A DNA stretch of 64,000 nt, taken from Lingula anatina. Lineage: Eukaryota > Animalia > Brachiopoda. Positions within the stretch are counted from its first letter, which is position 1. Every line of letters starts with the position of its first letter. The translations under genes were made by a program, and so were the position numbers. The stretch is taken from contig CM120640.1 in NCBI GenBank assembly GCA_051362555.1, forward strand, positions 55,220,788 through 55,284,787. Direction: 5' to 3'. Below, one piece after another: positions 1 to 21,528 of this stretch. Below the pieces are notes generated by a model, which worked only from the letters and a program-made list of their open reading frames with translations, had not been told where the DNA came from and made no database searches.

Positions 1-279
1 CACCCTATGCGTAACGGACAACAGCAACTGATTCAATAAGATCTACTGTATGGCAGAATTAATCCTTTTTTCATAAACCTAGCATAATTGTACAAATAAA
101 AAAGTGTGAGTTAACAGACGAAATTTTACATAGCATTGTATTCAGTAATTTAAAGATGCGTAACGAAGGAAATTCCCTTGCGTCAGTTTTCGGCCATACG
201 TGGTCACTGGTAAGAGGTAAGGGTACCGTGAGCATGTAAGAAAAACTGAGACAAGAAATTGTGTTTCAAGCTGTGAAGG

Positions 280-288
<9 letters not shown>

Positions 289-347
<59 letters not shown>
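289..347. repeat. (TA)n microsatellite
   Basis: Pure TA run directly abutting the transposon end at 348. Confidence 0.95.
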
Positions 348-350
<3 letters not shown>

Positions 351-1698
351 GGTTCTCCCCATGCCTTTATAGCGTATCGGCACCGATACGCATCTCTTTT
401 TGCCGATACGCATCACTTTTTGCCGATACGCTTCTTTTTTGCCGACACGATTCTTTGAACTCCGATACCCTTTAAGAGTGTGTGAGTGACCAATGCCTTT
501 AATGCCTTTATTCCTGACAGTAGCGACGTAAACGACTTGTGTGCGTACTTGGATCTCTTGTGTGCACGTTAAGTTGTTTATTTTTATTCTGCCTGGCGCA
601 GTAATACAAGTATTAACTTCTCATGTTGAGGGCGCGGGACCTGCGTCCTGACAAGTTTTGAATATCAACATCCGCTTTAGGTTCGTCATCAATGTGATTC
701 TGTGAGATTTGTTTGCTTTATCTGTATTTTTGGAGAAATATAATAAATAGTCTATCCTTCATGTTATTTTGACTGAAGAATAGTAGCAGTCGTGATCATT
801 TATAAATAAATGTATCCATGCGGCAAGAGAAAATATCAGAAAAGATGCAACGCTATTTTTACATAAGCGCCTGTCCGGGACAGGTAAAAATTCAGCTCGG
901 ACAGGTGCAGTGTTGGCTGTCCGACAGACAGGTCATGATTTATGAGAAATTTGGAGCAAAAATCTTTTAAAAAATCATTTTTGATGCATACCAACGTCTT
1001 TTTGTCTCCTCCTAGACGGTACTGAAAAGAGTGACCTACTTCTGGCACAAAACACGTGCAGGCGCAAAACGAAGTCTGAGCAAACTTACAGCTAAATTAT
1101 GAAAGTGAAGGGGTCCGCCATATAGATAAACGTCCCAATAAAATATTCGTCCCGATAGATACGTCTCTATACATACACGTCTCAATAGATTTACGTCTCG
1201 TTAAATTTACGTTCCGATAGATCCACCAACAGATTCCTATAAACCCACGTATCTTTAGATCCAGGTACCGCTAGATCCATATCTATCTGACATCGTAATC
1301 GGCTAAAAGGCCGATATCAACTTGTGATAGGCCTACAGGTATGAGGCTTTCGAGTGATAGTCTGGGTGCGAATACTGATCCACTTAGTGATCTGACTTCA
1401 TGTATGTTCGTGTCTACACGTCTATCACACTCTAAAGTTCGGGAACGCGTCGTAAACATGAAACAGAACACATTTTAAGTGTGCAAATGTTAGCTCTGAT
1501 ATGTTGTAATGATTTAATGCCAGCTTCAGATTGCATGAAATTGCACCCTTTTTGCATGAAATAATGAAAGTTTTTCCTCCGGAGGGCACATGCCCGGACC
1601 CCCCCCCCCCCCCCCCCCCCCCTTTGTGCCTTGCTTTGCATTAATCGGTACTCTCGCGTAAAAAAAATAAGGGCTATTTTCAAATCCTGGGGAGAACC

Positions 1699-1701
<3 letters not shown>
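348..1701. mobile_element. Non-autonomous DNA transposon inserted in (TA)n, with 14-bp TIRs CAGGGTTCTCCCCA
   Basis: CAGGGTTCTCCCCA at 348-361 and its exact reverse complement at 1688-1701. Both ends are flanked by long TA runs. The interior is CpG-rich with short subrepeats (TTTTTGCCGATACGC-like x3 near 396-450; ATAGAT..ACGTC-like repeats 1120-1280). No transposase ORF. Confidence 0.75.

Positions 1702-1759
<58 letters not shown>
1702..1759. repeat. (TA)n microsatellite between two transposon ends
   Basis: Pure TA run flanked by a 20-bp inverted repeat (1682-1701 / 1760-1779). Confidence 0.95.
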
Positions 1760-1762
<3 letters not shown>

Positions 1763-1900
1763 GGTTCTCCCCAGGATTTATATATACCCGGTCCTCCGAA
1801 AACCGCGAAAACCAGAAGTTGGTCGGCGAAAACCTCACTATAACCTACGATGTTCTCGACAAATTGCTGTAATATTTGGTACTTTAGCACTGTTACACGT
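1760..1900. mobile_element. Terminus of a second element of the same TIR family (other end not found)
   Basis: CAGGGTTCTCCCCAGGATTT at 1760-1779. The right boundary is uncertain. Confidence 0.5.
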
Positions 1901-2049
1901 CCTGAATAAACAGTATGAAACGTTCAAATATGCTTCGATGCAATACATTCAATTGCAAAAATTACCTTGCTATGCGACAAAGATCCTTGGTACTCAAATA
2001 ATGAAAAATTTCAACTACAATATTCTCTGGTAAAGATTCGATACTTGGT

Positions 2050-2310
2050 GATCGGGTTAGCGCCATTTTGTTTATCATGTGATTCATGTCATGTGGGTTT
2101 GTTTATATTTGTGAAGGGACATAAAGAGACTAATTTGAAACCAAGTAAATGAATATATGATTATACAACAGAGCAGCTTTAACATTATTTACTGTTACAA
2201 ATTAATACGATGGATTATTTTGGTATTACCACATGTTGCAATTTACAGCGGCTACTATTTCTATTCTGACTTTACATGAAGTCAAAACGACTGACAGATC
2301 GATGTAAGTA
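2050..2310 (+). promoter_or_regulatory. Probable promoter / non-coding first exon of the GPCR gene
   Basis: YY1-type motif GCGCCATTTTG at 2060-2070, a GTAAGT donor near 2305 and a TTTTTCAG acceptor at 3520 just before the ATG at 3568. Confidence 0.4.
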
Positions 2311-3567
2311 TGGGTACCCAGTCTAAGTCACCTAAGGCTGTTGAAACCAAGCCTGCCAAGCTAATAATGTTGCATTTAATTGCAAGCCCATTAAGCTAAT
2401 AAAGATAATTGTTGGATTTTTTTCTTTCCTATAGTAAAAAAAATTACTCAGCTCAGGCAGAAACTCAGACTAAAAGTTATTATCTATGCAGGACATTCCA
2501 TTAGAAAAAATTTCCACTTTAATAAGGTCTCAGAGAGGTCAAAGCCTAAGCTCTGTTTAAGCTTTGTGCACTTATAACTGTCTGCTTATTTCTACATGCA
2601 GGTTATCAGAGCTTATACAACATATATAATATATAATGATGAATTAAAGGGATAATAACTTGTGATAGATGAAGGTAGCTAAGCAACAGGGAAGTGCATT
2701 ACAGAGTTATTCTGTTAACAGTAATTTCATAAAGACGAGTCAGATAGTGGTAATGTATAGTTGGCCTTTTTACCAGGAGAGGTTATTTTGTGAATTCCAT
2801 GCATGTTTCAGGTTTGTTCATTCATCATGTGAATGAAATTGTTTTATTGCATATACACATATTTAACACTGCCTTGCAACTTATTAGTTGAACCATTTTA
2901 TTTTTAGGAGATATTGAGGAAAGTAAGCCATATTAAATCTAGTGAGGTGGGTAATTTTAGCCTTATATGTGATGAAATGCAACTAAGACCTGTTTTTGTA
3001 TTCATTATTTTTGTGATTAATTGCTGTTTCTTTTTTAATAAAAATCTTAGCCTTACAGTTATCTTCACTTAAAATAAAACGCTGCTAAATGTCAATTTGT
3101 CAAATTTCGTTACAGAATGAGCAAAGTGTGCTGTGCACAAGTCACTTGTTACACATATTGGAAGAAGCAAACAGAAATCCACTAGTATTGTAAAAACTGA
3201 TGAATTCCAATATTTTCATGGTGCTTATTCAGGTTCTGAGAGACTGACATTCTTTTCAAGTGATTGGAATCACATCACAATGAAACACATGGGTAGGTTG
3301 ATGGGATTGGTACCGGTACAGAGGAAGATAAAAAGACATCAATGTGGATGTGGCCAATTTTTTGGAGGCATGTGGCTAATATTATGTATTTGACCAATGT
3401 AAACTGCACTGACCAATGCTGTATGCACTGTATGCTAATCCAGATACTAATGATTGCACACTGATGGTTTCTTACATGTATATGTAACTCATGTTATCTC
3501 TTATAAGATATATTTTTCAGTACTTCACTTGTGTCTACACGTACAGTAAGTTCATTACTAAACATCC

Positions 3568-4728
3568 ATGAGTGAAAATACTACCTTCGGTTTTGATTTT
3601 GTTAGCATTAATGGCACCTCTCTTCGACTCAACACCTCATGTAGAAACAATTTGGATGATGGGTGTGACACCTGCACACTCATGTTTTCAGCAGAGTGGC
3701 AAGTTGTTTTGACAATTCTCATTGCACTCACCATGTGTGTTAGCATAGCAGGGAACAGTATTGTTTGTGTTATTGTATGCCGTAAGCCATCCATGCGATC
3801 AGCTATTAATTTGCTTCTTGCCAATTTGGCTTTCAGTAACATTTTATTGTCAGTATTTTGCATGCCTTTTTCTATTTTGCAACTTTTTACATATCATGTG
3901 CCTGAAAAATATTATATTTATCTTACTATAGGGTTTCTTCAAACATTATGGGTCTCTGAAAGCATGAGTGTACTTTTTGCAATAAGTATTGATAGATATA
4001 TGATTATTGTGAGACGTAAGGATCACCTGAATCCATACAGAGCTAAAGTCATAATAACATTTACTTGGTGCTACTCTCTTATCATAAGCTTCCCACCTTT
4101 GGTTGGTTTTGGAAGGTATATTTTTCACGAGACTGACTATTGTACTTCTGTAGAAATATATGATGCTAAAGATATTTTTTATACATTTTTGTTAAATTTA
4201 CTTGTATTTATTGTACCAACATTCATAATGGCATATGCCTACTTCAGGATTGTAAGAGCAGTACGACAAAATCTGGCTAGGATTCAAAGTCAGCCCAACC
4301 ATTCCTGTGATAGCATGGCATCAAGAGGTTCCCCACATGTGACACAGTTTGGTTCAACCACCATTAATAAGATTTCTGTTGATGTTAGCTTCAAAACAAG
4401 AGCTTTTAAGACGATTCTTGTATTGTATGTTGTTTTTGTGATTTGTTGGATTCCTTACTCTATATCAAACATTATATGGCATTTTATTCCAAAGGAACTT
4501 CATGCTGGGAGCATAATTCTATGGATTGCCTACTTCAACTGTGCTCTGAACCCGGTGATATATTGTCTGCGTATCAAAAAATTCAGAGAAGCATGCCAGG
4601 ACTTATTGCCAAATATGAACTGTCCTGATCTGCCCAAGTTGTCACGTAGGGCTCAGAGACGGATCAATCCTTCAGCCCTTTACAGGTACTCCCCAGACAT
4701 ACAAAGTGGAAGTTACCCTGACATTTGA
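3568..4728 (+). CDS. Class A (rhodopsin-family) orphan GPCR, GPR45/GPR63 (PSP24)-like, single coding exon, 386 aa
   Basis: Seven hydrophobic segments, GN in TM1, SIDRY, CWIP and NPVIY motifs, and N-terminal N-glycosylation sites. The motifs MRSAINLLLA, VDVSFKTRAFKTIL, RIKKFREAC and RRINPS match my recollection of the GPR45/GPR63 family. Confidence 0.92.
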   Translation: MSENTTFGFDFVSINGTSLRLNTSCRNNLDDGCDTCTLMFSAEWQVVLTILIALTMCVSIAGNSIVCVIVCRKPSMRSAINLLLANLAFSNILLSVFCMPFSILQLFTYHVPEKYYIYLTIGFLQTLWVSESMSVLFAISIDRYMIIVRRKDHLNPYRAKVIITFTWCYSLIISFPPLVGFGRYIFHETDYCTSVEIYDAKDIFYTFLLNLLVFIVPTFIMAYAYFRIVRAVRQNLARIQSQPNHSCDSMASRGSPHVTQFGSTTINKISVDVSFKTRAFKTILVLYVVFVICWIPYSISNIIWHFIPKELHAGSIILWIAYFNCALNPVIYCLRIKKFREACQDLLPNMNCPDLPKLSRRAQRRINPSALYRYSPDIQSGSYPDI

Positions 4729-4816
4729 TGACATTTTCTAACTATTTTAGATAACTAAAGCTCTCAAGACCAATGGAATTTTACAGACATCTTGAGATAT
4801 AACAATTGATATTTAC

Positions 4817-5650
4817 AGGGGGGTCTAAAAAGATGTTTCCATTTTTGATAAAGTAGAATTTTCTACTGAAAACGGGATCTTAAAGGGATAATAACTCTTT
4901 GTATGAGATCTATATTTCACAATAAAAACATTGTGAATAACTCATAGAAATATAATATATTCTGTTTTACCACAAAAACAGCAGTTATAGCTATTATTCT
5001 GATATCTGAGCTTGTCTTTAGACCACGTGACCTCCATTAATGGCTATACTCTCTTAAAATCTCTTAAGAGATTTTAACAAAAAAACAAACTTTTTAGAAA
5101 AAAACCAGGGACTAACTTTGAATGTAAAAATGGATTCATTACCCATTGGTTAGTATGGGAAAATTGTTGTTTACTCCAGGAAAATTCATTTTTTGGCTGA
5201 AATGAAGAGTTCTTATCCCTTTAAGGAGAAAGGCCTCTTGTCATATGGACCAGCCTTGGCCTGCACATTCTCCACATCTATTCCATTTGGATTGGATTAA
5301 TTTTGCAGGGATACCTAAAAAACAGTGTCAAAGCCAACAATACCCAAACTATTGATGATTTCAAGAATGAAATGCGAACAGAGATCGGGGAATACCCAAT
5401 GACATATTGAATATTGTCATTACAAACTGAGTGTGTGAGTAGCCAAAGAGATTCAGCGCCAAGAACCTTGGCTCGAGCACATTATAAACTATAGAGCGGT
5501 GCTCACAAAATTATGGTATACAAGGAAAAAACGTACAACAAAAAACTTACATATCTGTAAGACAGATCTATGAAAAACAATTGTAAATTTTTCTTTTCAT
5601 AAGAAAATGCTATTACTTTATTAAAAATGGAAACATCTTTTTGGACCATA
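4817..5650 (+). mobile_element. Decayed Tc1/mariner-superfamily transposon downstream of the GPCR stop codon
   Basis: Inverted ends GGTCTAAAAAGATGTTTCCATTTTT (~4822-4846) and AAAAATGGAAACATCTTTTTGGACC (~5623-5647). A frameshifted transposase C-terminal fragment at ~5245-5490 reads WPAHSPHL...GYLKNSVKANNTQTIDDFKNEMRTEI...WLEHIINY, matching the WPxxSPDL/LWGYLK motif family. Confidence 0.8.
4884..5220. mobile_element. Kolobok-like MITE with TTAA target duplication, nested in the mariner relic
   Basis: TTAA (4880-4883), then AGGGATAATAACTC ... GAGTTCTTATCCCT, then TTAA (5221-5224). A second, inverted copy lies at 44235-44877. Confidence 0.8.
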
Positions 5651-6677
5651 TATATAACATTTTTTCTGTACTGTTATAACATTGTTTTACCAATTCCCTT
5701 TTCTTGTGATATCAGTTTGATTTTGTTTACATTTCTTAAAATGATTGAATAATTTACACTTTTAATTTGTGTATATGAAGTTAGCAATGGCTGTTTATTT
5801 ATACAGCAAAGGTACCAATACAATTGGTAATTAACATTTAAAACTGGTTTATTGTGGTAAAATCATGTTGATGATATTCATATTTTTATGTTAAGTGTAC
5901 TATAACTGTTGTAGGATTTGTTAAATTATATTTAAGATATCTACTTATCATCCTTGTATTAAAAACATGCTTTAAGTTTATTAAGACAAAAAATAATAAT
6001 TGTTAGCTTAACCATTGCTTTTACTTCACTTCCATATACAACCTACCTATAATTTTTACACGTTTCTTTCAATCATGCAGAGAGAAGTGCATAAATGAAA
6101 TTCATATTATGAATTCAGGAAAGACAGATTTTCCCATATAGTTTAGGTCCATGATTAGAGGCCAGACACCACAATCCCATTTATCATTGAATGGCCTTTT
6201 CAGTGCACCTAATGATGTCCTCATTACAAATATACTTTTAAGCCTTACTGTTACTGTATGTAAATGTAGGCGAAATACCTATATCTCTGTCCATACTGAA
6301 TAAAGCAACTATTTCTTAGGCGAGAAGCCTAACATACTCGAGAAGTTATCTTTATCTTGTCCTTAGTCTGCAAGGGGCGCTGTCAAAGCACAAGTGTCCG
6401 CAGGGGCCAAGCTCTGAATTGTGTTATTTTGATAACCCCCTTAGCATTTGATTAAACATTTACCTTTTCATTTTTTAAGACTTTGAAACCAGCCTCATGC
6501 TTCACAGATATGCAGTAAACAAACGTGTTCTACAATTCTTTCTGACAAAAATTCCAGCTTTCTTCATATATGGTTCAAGTTAGTCTGATAACATTTATCT
6601 GATAAGACCGTCAACTGCAATTTCAATACCATATATATTCACCTTTAACAACACGAGATGGGTTCGCAGGCTCTTGT

Positions 6678-7016
6678 AGTCTAGGAGAAGCGGTAACAGT
6701 AACATGGCAGTGGATATGGTGGAGCCGGCAGATGAAACGGGTTGGGACTATGGGACCATTCCCACATATATTTGGATTGATCTATCTCCCTGGGGAGTCT
6801 CACTAAATTGCCGTCAACTTAATCAGTTTAAATGTCTGTCACGCCTAGTAAAGTTGTAAGTGGGCAATTATCTTTACCCTAGTTGGTTAAGCCGATTAAG
6901 TTGATAGCAATTTAGTGAGACTCCCCAGGGAGTCGACCTATCCAGATGGTTTGATCTAGGCATGGGAACCCAGTCTAAAACCATGTGTACTGCCAACGCC
7001 TACGCTGGTGGTACAA
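6678..7016 (-). mobile_element. Helentron/HINE terminal fragment (same family as 50464-53092) interrupted by a palindromic MITE
   Basis: GTCTAGGAGAAGCGGTAAC...GGGACTA | AAACCATGTGTACTGCCAACGCCTACGCTGGTGGTACAA matches 52970-53092 once the ~6751-6975 insert is removed. Confidence 0.7.
6751..6975. mobile_element. Palindromic MITE, possibly PIF/Harbinger-like
   Basis: Inverted arms CTCCCTGGGGAGTCTCACTAAATTGC.GTCAACTTAATC / GATTAAGTTGA.AGCAATTTAGTGAGACTCCCCAGGGAG, a short (C)TA duplication at the junctions, and a related copy at ~7776-7990. Confidence 0.7.
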
Positions 7017-7775
7017 TTAAGATTATTTTCAGGATGTACAGTCATCTCGACTTTGCAGATTAATAATCATGAAAAGATAAATAAGAACGTGTTTTTACTA
7101 TTTTTACAATGAGATCCACTTAATATTTCTTCTGTGATATTGCAATTTCAATCTTACCTAGTGGCATTTTATTTTGCCTTGACAATTTTTAATTTGGCCT
7201 AGGCCAATTTAAAACTTGAGTGGATTTCAATCTGGCCTGCATCATATATATATATGTAAATATTATAAATGTAGCACCAGAAAAAAAATGTTGCCCACTG
7301 ACCCGTTCTATGACTACATAACATTTTTACCAAAGATAGCTTTGTCCATTTTCTCATAATTTCAACTTCATTCAAGTACAAAAGCAATCATTACCTTTTC
7401 TTTGAAAGGCTTTCGACTCTCCATCATGTCTTTTTGCGAGGGATTTGAATTAAATAATATGTATCATTATACCCATGCATATTACTACTGTCTACTCTTA
7501 GAAGTATACCATGCTTCGAACACTTGCATTCTAATGCTCATATAACCATAAAAAACTTTGAAGACAATTTCAAATCACAAGAAATGGACTTATTAAATTA
7601 TTTATTTTACTCTATATAGGTATGTACTCAGAAAAAAAAATGAAATATTAAATGGTAAACCTTTGTTACACCACATGATTAAGCACCTTTGTCAAGATGG
7701 TGGAATGAATAATGACAGTCATTTCACAAGAATGAGGAAATGAAAATAAAGGAACAAGGTACAATATGATACTAA

Positions 7776-7990
7776 CACCCCATTTCCATAGATTAGATCG
7801 ACCTACTTTAGATCGACCTAACTCCCTGGGGGTTCACGCTAAATAGCTGTCAGCCGGGAGGACACGAAATTTAATTACCCGCTTACAGCTTGTAGTAGGT
7901 GGGACGGACATTTAAGTCGGATTATCTGAAAGTAATCTAGTGAGACTCCCCGCTGGGATAGATCGATCTAAAATCTATGGGAATAGAGCC
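7776..7990. mobile_element. Second, more diverged copy of the 6751-6975 MITE family
   Basis: CCCCATTTCCATAGATT...ACTCCCTGGGG at the left end and TAGTGAGACTCCCC...AATCTATGGGAATAGAGCC at the right end, with TAA on both flanks. Confidence 0.6.
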
Positions 7991-7992
7991 TA

Positions 7993-8551
7993 AGACCGCA
8001 TTCTCAATGAATTGAGCCAGGCTTTACAAATCCTGAGAACTAAAAATGGCAGACGTACATGAAAGAAAAACCGCCTTATCTTTTAATAGTCTCTCCGCCT
8101 CTCACACGCCTCCTCACACGTAGTCCCTGCGGGGTACAGTAATTAAATCTCGGCTCCGAACATGAATATCTCCGTGAATATCTCTGGTGATATTATCTCC
8201 GTAGATAGTCGATTCATTGCTGCTCTACAGGCCAATTCATTCCTTTTTCGTCTCCGTTTTGAAAGAAAATAGAACAGAAGAGCTTTTTTCCTTTGATCGC
8301 CTTCAGCCGCCATGCTTTCTTTACCACGAGTTTAACTGATGAGCATGCGCACTTAATATTTCTCAGGTAGCTTCCTCATGGCGAACGGAGCCGAGATTTA
8401 ATTACTGTACCCCGCAGGGACGACGTGTGGGGAGGCGTGTGAGAGGCGGAGAGACTATTAAAAGATTAGGCGGTTTTTCCTTCATGTACGTCTGCCATTT
8501 TTAGTTCTCAGGATTTGTAAAGCCTGGCTCAATTCGTTGAGAATGCGGTCT
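7993..8551. mobile_element. Young MITE with 166-bp terminal inverted repeats and TA flanks
   Basis: 7993-8158 and 8386-8551 are near-perfect reverse complements with only a few substitutions. TA at 7991-7992 and 8552-8553. CpG-rich. Confidence 0.92.
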
Positions 8552-8593
8552 TACATTCAAGGATCACCTTTACCTAAATTTTAAATAGCAATA

Positions 8594-10741
8594 TCACAAT
8601 TTGGAAAACTGTCTGACAAAAGTCTTAGTGAGATCAAGATAGAAATCTGGTGGATTCGGTGAATAATCTAAATAATGAAATTTCCCATTCATAAATGGCA
8701 CTGCATTTTCAATTTGTGTCCCTTCATGCCATTCGTTGAAGGAAGTAATAGATATTATCTCTGGTCTGACTGACATGGCTGTTTTCAACATCCTTTGGTA
8801 ATATAATCCGTAATGTCTGTCCTTTGTATTTCTGCCATTCCAAGGCCTCACCTGTGTATCAATATATCCAGGACCTACACTTGGTATAAACAATAATTGT
8901 GTCCGCTTAGCAAATTCCATAAGAAGTGGCCAGTTAGCAATTTTTGATCCATAAGAAAACCCATCACTTGCAAAATATGTGTAAAATCCATCAAATCCAC
9001 CCTGCATTAAGTCTTTTTTATGAGTCTGTTCTACTAGCAGTCCTATAAAGATGCCATCATAATGAGAATTTCTCAGACTGGAAGGTCCAGGTTTGAAGAT
9101 TTTTGCCCAGTCCTTTGGTTTAATTTGATAGGAATCATATATATAGAAAAGTGGCAGTTTCTTCCCATTTCTCATTTGCCTATAGAATGCTGTGTGATTG
9201 CCATAGGTATCAATGAGATATTTCACATTATCTTTTAAATTAATAGGATCTCTTCCTTTGTATGGCTCAATATGGAATGCCACCTGCATTATAATGGAGA
9301 TATTAGGATTATATTTTTTGCACCATATGATACTGGATTATGCAGATTGCACCAGGATTAACAATGCTTATAACTTTATCCTCCACAAATCAACAGTAAT
9401 ACAACATGGCTAAAAACATTAATTTAACGAATGTGATTCTGTAAACTATACTATTATTTATCTCCCTCATTTATACATAATGAACATGAAAAAATTACAG
9501 GCACCAAAACTTTAAAGGATGTAAAAATATTAAGACAAATCTCTAAAATCAATGTTGATCTACTGAATACAGTGAACAAATAAAAATAATGTTTGACAGA
9601 GATATACTCACTTTCACTTTATGCTTATCTGCTACATCCAGCAGTTTTGGTAAAAAAAATTCTTGTGGCATGCCGTTGTCATCTGCCATATCAGGTGGGT
9701 ACCAGGACAGAGCGATCACACCTAAAACACAAGTAACATTTACCTCTTTAGCATTAAGCAGTGGACTGATAGGCCTTGAGAGTATTGATGCTGATGATCA
9801 GAGCTGTTGAATGTTTGCTAATTCTAATATACCATAGATGACATGTCTGTGTTCTCAAAATATACACCTATAATAAACTTTGTAAAATTTATATCTCTCT
9901 TTAAAGCTTTGCGTTTTATACTTGCTTTATATAAACTTATAGTGTAATTGTTAATAGAGTTTCTTGAGTGAACTTTTTATATATCAATTATATTCCATGT
10001 ATATCTGCAGGACCAGATAACAATGTACAATAAAATGGTACAGTGATCTTTTAATGAAAACCCATAACGCTTTTACAAATACTAGTTGGTCACTTGCCCA
10101 TCTCTTGCCTAGGGCAGCTTACCAATTCCAGCTGAACTAATTTGCTCCATGTGGGTTTCAATCACCTGAGGATCCTGAGAACTATATGGACCAAGTTCAG
10201 GATAAAAATTGGACCCAATATCATCTGGAGGCATATGTTGTCCTTTAGGCCATTTAGCATTTTCTTTTTCATTCCAGTGAGGTAGGTAGGGATGATTCCA
10301 ATGAATATAGTTCTGATTGTCAAACTTAGGATTTCCATACCATGCATAGTAGAAGACATGCACATTATAATTTAACAAGGGTTCTCCATCTTTTATCACA
10401 GTGCTCTTTTGAACGCGTTTTATATTGTCACTTTGGTGAAAATTTGATGTTGGTGAAACTTTTAATTCAAATGCTTTCTTTTTGGGGGTATTCAATGTTG
10501 TTACTTTGATAGGATCACCCACAGAGAGTGGTAATGGGGTATTCGTGGCAATCTCGGCATTTGCCGAAGAATAAAAAAATTGTGCTTTTTTCAGCTGCTT
10601 GTGTCCCCTATGTAGTTTGTTTTGGAAATCATATACATGTCTCTTGTCCTGTAGAGTAAGGATTCTTATTCCAAGCAACATGCCGACCACAAAACAGAAC
10701 AAAATTGCTGCTGTCAAAAATCTTTGAAATCTCATCCTCAT
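8594..10741 (-). CDS. MANEA: Glycoprotein endo-alpha-1,2-mannosidase (GH99), 3 exons, ~472 aa
   Basis: Exons 10741-10123, 9721-9612 and 9283-8594 with GT-AG junctions in phase. Type II signal anchor (FLTAAILFCFVVGMLLGI) and motifs HVFYYAWYGNP, DDIGSNFYPELGPYSS, LSWYPP, FHIEPY, GFDGFYTYFA, plus catalytic ITSFNEWHEGTQIE. Confidence 0.95.
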
Positions 10742-10789
10742 ATAAGAGAGCGTGACTACATTGTACAAGTCTGGTAAAACATGGTGTCA

Positions 10790-11222
10790 TTACACAGGGA
10801 TCAAATGCATTGTGCTTTCACACTGTATCTTTACATAGTTCTCGGTTTTGCTTGGCTGCCAGTATACTCCCGTCGATTTCTCACATTGCACTTTTTATTT
10901 GCCGCACCTTGTAGTCCTTTATGATGTAGTTTACTTAGGCAGCTGGTTTTCCTATGCCCCTCCATTAAGTAACAATAATTTACAATAATACTTCCGGATT
11001 TGAATGTGACCGCCAAACAATATGTAAAACAAAAACATTGATTGGATGACCTATTTAATTTGACCAATAGAAATGTTGGTTACAATTATTTGCAGAAATT
11101 ATGGGATGCCTTAGTCGCCATGATGGATCCACGCCACAGGGCCATGCTGTGTTGAGTCCTTTGTCGCCCCGGTGTTTTGTTTTATAAACTTATCTGGGAT
11201 ATAAATATAAACAACATAGAAA
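10790..11222. promoter_or_regulatory. Putative bidirectional promoter, MANEA (-) / SCAF4-8 (+)
   Basis: Start codons are only ~480 bp apart (10741 and 11223). The region is locally CpG-enriched, with CCAAT boxes in both orientations (ATTGG at 11041, CCAAT at ~11065). Confidence 0.6.

Positions 11223-21528
<10,306 letters not shown>

Noticed and set aside
204-1890. ORFs with IYIYIY tracts (204-416, 261-458, 1432-1890, 1631-1843)
   Set aside because: These are translations of (TA)n microsatellites and transposon ends.
3133-3393. 86-aa ORF upstream of the GPCR
   Set aside because: It has a non-ATG start and no recognisable motif, and it lies in a probable 5' UTR intron.
10742-10768. ORF-track start of MANEA at 10768
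   Set aside because: That codon is TTG. The first in-frame ATG is at 10741, directly before the signal anchor.
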